Shown: positions 62,226-64,000 of the stretch, piece by piece
Layout: the number at the start of each line of letters is the position of its first letter
Numbering within the stretch: position 1 is the first letter of the stretch
Assembly: GCA_013265495.1 (NCBI GenBank)
Contig: MU057936.1
Location: 323,195 to 387,194 of the forward strand
DNA length: 64,000 nt
DNA from: Vicugna vicugna
Lineage: Eukaryota
Reading direction: 5' to 3'
Program-made: the position numbers and the translations under genes
The notes under the pieces: generated by a model
The model's database searches: none
Told to the model about the DNA's origin: nothing
The model's input: only the letters and a program-made list of their open reading frames with translations

Positions 62226-63429
62226 ATGTTCGATTTAATACACGATGGGAGCTTAATTTTCCCCCAATTAATTTTTTATGAGATAGTTCTTCTTTAAGAA
62301 ATAAAGCAAGTAAAGTTAAATATAATTTGTAGAATCTAGATGGTGAGTGTTCACTGTACAATTCTTCCAGTTTTCTGTATGCTAGAAAATTTTTATAGTA
62401 AAATATTGCAAAAATACTCAGCAAAATGTGACATAATTAGAAGACATTAAATAAATGAACTTTTTTTTTTTTTTGCTACCCTTAGTTACTGAGTCTCATC
62501 AGAATACAGGAAGCTTCCTTGGGCTGCAGAAAACAAAAGTTGTTATGTAACTAGGATGGCCACGGATGTGGAGGTTAACTTATTTAATTCTTTAGATAAT
62601 TCAGGCAACCAATATTCACATTTTTAGAAATGTCTTAAAGTGAATTTGAAATTCCAGTGTGTATCAACAGAATTCAGTCTATCTGTCCAAAAGAATACCC
62701 TCTGGTTTACTTTCATGATGGATAGAGTACAGCTTTACATTTCTAACGTCCATGGCTCATTTTTGCTTCCAACTTTCATTATATCACAGAGTAATCCAAA
62801 AGCATAGTCTATCATCCTTCTGAATACAATAAAAAGTAAGGATATGTAAAAAACATATTTCATTTTCAATGAATGTTTTATATATCTCACTGATGTTAAA
62901 AGTATATTTTAAATAATCCTTCATCACATTCAAGAAATATGAGGCGATTCTTTGTTCATTACAGTACAGAACCTCTTGAAATATACTTGACAAAATGGAT
63001 ACAGTGCCTATTCTCAAAGCACCTGAAAACTAATAGAAAATGCTGTTTTTGCATCTAACATGTGCTTGCAATAACAAAAATATGACTTTAAAATTACAAA
63101 TTTTAATCCAATGCAAAACATAAATGAAATTTTATGGTTGGGTATCTCAGCATCTTGAATGCCAACTTTATATTGCTATATTTGGGAACATGGGAATGAA
63201 TATTTACTTAGTTTTCTTTAAAAATAAAATAAATCAACTTTTCAACATCTGTTTTAAAATCCTTTACTATAATTTGTAATTTGTTATTTAAATTTAACAA
63301 CTCAAGAATTTGGCAAATCATATTCAAGAAAAAATATGAAAGGCTTTAAATTATAAAATTTTAAAGGATGTAAGGTATAAAAATAGGAAAAAGACTTAAA
63401 ATATATTGAGGGTATGTATATTATAGGAA

Positions 63430-63880
63430 CTGTCTTTGGCAGCCATTCAGGTACGCCTCTCATATCCTCCTTCAGGAAAGAAAATTGTTCAGTTCTAAGG
63501 AGTAGACTTAGCTGGCAGCCTCCAGCTAGATCGCCTTCAAGTTGTGCCTCAACTTTTTGGGGGGGCTATGCATGCTTGGTGGGCAACCCCCACCATGTGA
63601 ATGAGCACAGTGGGGTGCTGGCATCTTGCCATTCCTGCCCAATGTGGGACTCCTCTAAGAAGCTCTGGAGCTTCCCCTTGGGTTCGCTGAAACTTTATCA
63701 GATCTGCATTTTGGTCTGAAGTTTTCTGATCTGCTTCCTTCCCACTTTCCTTTCAAAAGTATCAAATCCGCACCTCAGGAACAAGGTTTTCTCCCCATTT
63801 ATCTTCTACAGATGTTATTTCTTCACCCTTCCCCCAAACTTCCTATAATCCTGACTGTCTCAGAGTTGACTTCCTAGACA
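63430..63880 (+). mobile_element. ERVL LTR16-like LTR
   Basis: gccattcctgcccaatgtgggactcctct...ggagcttccc.ttggg...aaactttatcagatctgcat...ctgtctcagagt..gacttcctagaca. Confidence 0.7.
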
Positions 63881-64000
63881 GGTACACTCTCTAAACCCTA
63901 ACTTCATTAAATTTGGATCACCTTTTTGGTGGCTAAATAGTTCTCAATTGTTGGGAATGGATATTAATATTAATTAATATTAACACAATATTAATACAGT

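Overview
Mammalian genomic DNA, most likely camelid: it carries a Vic-1-type tRNA-derived SINE and I saw no ruminant Bov-tA/BovB or pig PRE1 elements. It is AT-rich, CpG-depleted and dense in transposon fossils. The one clear genic structure is a CpG-island promoter at about 57.9-59.1 kb. It drives a minus-strand gene with a non-coding first exon (donor GCG|GTGAGT at 58580) and a very long first intron covering almost the whole window. I see a candidate 70-nt exon at 78-147 and a candidate 10-nt microexon at 21345-21354, and I could not identify the gene. No credible protein-coding CDS, rRNA, true tRNA gene or CRISPR array is present; the listed ORFs are chance ORFs or decayed L1 fragments. 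The most notable observations are: a young CpG-rich solo LTR about 1.9 kb upstream of the promoter and co-oriented with it; a perfect 25-bp GC-box/G4 duplication in the promoter; a SINE carrying extra 3' sequence inside its TSD; an orphan A-tailed insert; a doubly internally deleted L1; and a tail-to-tail inverted L1 pair. Repeat family names come from recalled consensus features and need confirming with RepeatMasker/Dfam. I found no convincing evidence of a wholly new biological system.
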